A DNA stretch of 64,000 bases from the NCBI GenBank assembly GCA_002269645.1, contig NIVC01001046.1, forward strand, positions 248,001 to 312,000. The letters run 5' to 3'. Positions 60,351 to 64,000 of the stretch are shown one piece after another (position 1 is the first letter of the stretch; each line of letters begins with the position of its first letter). This stretch comes from Macrostomum lignano (taxonomy: Eukaryota). The notes under the pieces were generated by a model that had not been told where the DNA came from, made no database searches, and saw only the letters and a program-made list of their open reading frames with translations. A program made the position numbers and the translations under genes.

Positions 60351-61189
60351 CCACAGACTTTCTTGGCATTTCATTTCCTAGAAATAAACCAGCAACAACC
60401 GGCCTTCAAAATTTCTACTAATCAAGCGTGCATTGTTTCGCTTCCGTTTGGGTTGGAACTTTGCCTAAAAGCTTTCCAAACAATTTCGGAATGTTTGAAC
60501 TGTTCAGTGACAAATGAGTCTTTTTAACTTATAGGCCCTTAGAATCATGTTTTGACGTATGTCAGATGTAATAAAAACGTATGTCATTCTTAAGTCTTCA
60601 TGTTTGACTTGCAACAATCAATTTTTATTTTTGCAAATTCCATTCCTTAATTCTAAAACATTTTGCAGCCAGCTTTCAGTAGTTTTTGTGCAATATTAAT
60701 GCGCCTAACAATATTTATTGCTCATACAGAAGTGCTCAGTTCGTTCACAATCGTTTTTTTTATTTCAAATTCGTTTCAATTGTAAAGACGCGTAGCTTTT
60801 AAAAGGTTGCAAATTTCAGTCACGTGACAACAATATCAATAAAAGGGCAAATCCCGTGACCACTAATATAAAGTCTGACAACATGAGGAAATCGACAACA
60901 ATAGTTATCTATGCCAGTTTTGTTCAAAATCATCAGCTAGCTCTATAAACTTAGGCCTACCTATAAATAAACTTCCTGCTAACCCCATATCTTCATCTTA
61001 TTAATGACCTCACTTGACCTCCCCTCGAGACCTTCCTTAACATACTTTCCACATAAACTCTATCACTATGACCTCTCTCAATCATGACCTTTATTGTGAC
61101 TTTCGATATGACTTCTCAAATACCTTTCTATGACCTGCTATAAGATCTCTCTCACGAACCATTACCCGCCATTACCTACCTAATGGCAC

Positions 61190-63025
61190 TCAGCACCCTC
61201 ATGACTTCTCATGATTTCCCAATGACCTCCCTAATGACCTCCTTCATGACCGTCCCTCATGACCGTCCCTCATGACCGTTCCTCCTAACTGTCCTTAATG
61301 AAGTCCTAATGACCTCCTTCATGACCGTTCCTCCTGACCGTCCCTCATGACCGTCCCTCATGACCGTCCCTCCTGACCGTCCCTCATGACCGTCCCTCTT
61401 GACCGTCCCTCATGACCGTCCCTCCTGACCGTTCCTCCTAACTGTCCTTCATGAAGTCCTAATAACCTCCTTCATGACCGTTCCTCCTGACCGTCCCTCA
61501 TGACCGTCCCTCATGACCGTCCCTCCTGACCGTCCCTCTTGACCGTCCCTCCTGACCGTCCCTCTTGACCGTCCCTCATGACCGTCCCTCCTAACTGTCC
61601 TTCATGAAGTCCTAATGACCTCCTTCATGACCGTCCCTCCTGACCGTCCCTCATGACCGTCCCTCATGACCGTCCCTCCTGACCGTCCCTCATGACCGTC
61701 CCTCATGACCGTCTCTCATGACCGTCCTTCCTGACCGTCCCTCCTAACTGTCCTTCATGAAGTCCTAATGACCTCCTTTATGACCGTCCCTCATGACCTC
61801 TTTCATGACCGTCCCTCCTGATCGTCCCTCTTGACCGTCCCTCATGACCGACCCTCATGACCGTCCCTCATGACCTCATGACCTCCCTCCTGACCGTCCT
61901 TCATGATCGTCCCTCCTGACCGTCCCTCATGACCGTCCCTCATGACCGTCCCTCCTGACCGTCCCTCATGACCGTCCCTCATGACCGTCTCTCATGACCG
62001 TCCTTCCTGACCGTCCCTCCTAACTGTCCTTCATGAAGTCCTAATGACCTCCTTCATGACCGTCACTCATGACCTCTTTCATGACCGTCCCTCCTGACCG
62101 TCCCTCTTGACCGTCCCTCATGACCGACCCTCATGACCGTCCCTCATGACCTCATGACCTCCCTCCTGACCGTCCTTCATGATCGTCCCTCCTGACCGTC
62201 CCTCATGACCGTCCCTCATGACCGTCCCTCCTGACCGTCCCTCATGACTGTCTCTCATGAACGTCCCTCATGACCGTCCCTCATGACCGTCTCTCATGAC
62301 CGTCCTTCCTGACCGTCCCTCCTAACTGTCCTTCATGAAGTCCTAATGACCTCCTTCATGACCGTCACTCATGACCTCTTTCATGACCGTCCCTCCTGAC
62401 CGTCCCTCTTGACCGTCCCTCATGACCGACCCTCATGACCGTCCCTCATGACCTCATGACCTCCCTCCTGACCGTCCTTCATGATCGTCCCTCCTGACCG
62501 TCCCTCATGACCGTCCCTCATGACTGTCCCTCCTGACCGTCCCTCATGACCGTCCCTCCTGACCGTCCCTCATGACCGTCCCTCATGACCGTCTCTCATG
62601 ACCGTCCTTCCTGACCGTCCCTCCTAACTGTCCTTCATGAAGTCCTAATGACCTCCTTCATGACCGTCACTCATGACCTCTTTCATGACCGTCCCTCCTG
62701 ACCGTCCCTCTTGACCGTCCCTCATGACCGACCCTCATGACCGTCCCTCATGACCTCATGACCTCCCTCCTGACCGTCCTTCATGATCGTCCCTCCTGAC
62801 CGTCCCTCATGACCGTCCCTCATGACCGTCCCTCCTGACCGTCCCTCATGACTGTCTCTCATGAACGTCCCTCATGACCTCCCTCATGACCGTTCCTCAT
62901 GACCTCCTTTATGACCTCCCTCATGACCTCCCTTATGACCTCCCTTATGACCGTCCCTCAAGACCGTCCCTCATGACCGTCCCTCATGACCGTCCCTCAT
63001 GACCGTCCCTCATGACCGTCCCTCA
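61190..63025. repeat. 13-bp minisatellite (tgaccgtccctca) with higher-order structure
   Basis: More than 130 units; a marker unit ctaactgtcc recurs at 61285, 61438, 61591, 61744, 62020, 62322 and 62624. Confidence 0.95.
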
Positions 63026-63048
63026 TGACCTCCATTGCAATCTTCTCT

Positions 63049-64000
63049 TCAAACTTCCACGCCGCCCTGGCCGCCATCCGCGGCTTCAATCCGCTGCCTG
63101 CTGCTGCCTCCCCGAAGCGACGATGCCGCCTGCCCGACGTTGGTCGCCTGCTGGCCGCCGCCACCGCCGCCGCCGCAACAGCCGCCGAAACGGCACAGCG
63201 GCACTTGCATGAGAATGTCTACAGGGCCTCGAGAGAGCAGGCAAGCGATGGCCAGGTAGATGGACTGCATAGCCTGCAGCATGTGGAACAGGTACCACAG
63301 GCAGAGTGCCTCGCAGTTGGGGTGCAGCGCCAGCGCCACCAAGCCACAGGGCCAAACAGCCGCCTGACTGACCGCCAACCGGCAGAGCAGCTGCACCGCG
63401 TTAGCGGCCGATTCAGCGCCTGCGGCGGCCGCGGCGGCTGCGGCGCTACGCGCGGTGGCGCTGACAACCCCGGCGCGTCCAGCCGTCGCTGCTGCCGCCG
63501 CCGCTGAGGCCGCCGCCGCCTCCTCAGAAGCAGCTTGCGCTTCCGGAAGCAGATCGTCTCGCAATAGCAGCAACGGCGGAAGCAGCAGCCAGTAGATGAA
63601 GGTGGCTGGACCGGCTAAAAGCAGGGCGTAGCCAACTGCGGCCGGGTGATCGGAGCCGCTGCCGCCGCTGCAGTTGCGGAAGAGAAGAGCGGTGCTGACC
63701 CGGGTGTAGCCAGTGTCCAGCGACTCTGTGAATGGCGATTGTTGCGTTTTATGAGCCGTCTCAAGGTTCAGAGGGTGGGGTTGTGTGTTTGCTGGGTTCA
63801 GAGATAGGTCAAAGCTATCATTGCTGACCGGAGATCCAGCGACCTGTCGCTCCCAGCGCCACCGGCACTCCGGCGAAGATGCCGCAGGTGGCGAGACCCG
63901 CAGCCAGTCGGCGACGCCAGCCGCTCGAGTCCATCACTATCAGAGCGGCCGTCGAGGAAGGCGGCGGCGGGCGCCGGACCAGTCGACTTCGGACCCGCCG
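63049..64000 (-). CDS. C-terminal part (TM4-TM7 + tail) of a divergent class B/adhesion-like GPCR; 5' part outside window
   Basis: Exon ...-63844 (RRRLAAGLATCGIFAGVPVALGAT), a 118-bp intron, then exon 63725-63049: AVGYALLLAGPATFIYWLLLPP (TM5, with GP), AVQLLCRLAVSQAAVWPCGLVAL (TM6), LWYLFHMLQAMQSIYLAIACLL (TM7, like YLFxxxNSxQG...C). The donor GTCGCT is weak. Confidence 0.6.

Overview
Eukaryotic (animal) genomic DNA with spliced genes, GC-rich exons and minisatellite-filled introns. The style resembles a flatworm such as Macrostomum, but that is inference only. From left to right: a decayed LOA/R1-like non-LTR retrotransposon (1-~4984); a 7-exon secreted/GPI-type two-Ig-domain gene of the Dpr/zig-8 type (+); staufen (-), head-to-head with ENY2 (+); an uncharacterised fully disordered RGG/YSPP-repeat protein (+); DBR1 (+); SHOC2/Sur-8 (+); and the 3' part of a divergent class-B/adhesion-like GPCR (-). 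Transposable elements include a tRNA-derived SINE family (4 copies plus a related fragment), a CORE-type SINE, hAT- and Mutator-type MITEs (nested), and a 3.7-kb CCC...GGG TIR element with a 2-bp TSD. The most unusual signals are two. (1) Multi-kb CpG deserts lie downstream of CpG-rich promoter islands; in them TE copies show CG->TA and CA/TG->TA changes and TAGGCCTA is strongly enriched, a RIP-like signature. (2) Tandem repeats multiply splice sites, including seven in-frame acceptors in the linker between the two Ig domains. No CRISPR array, rRNA or intact tRNA gene was found. All exon structures were derived by hand and are unverified by transcript data.
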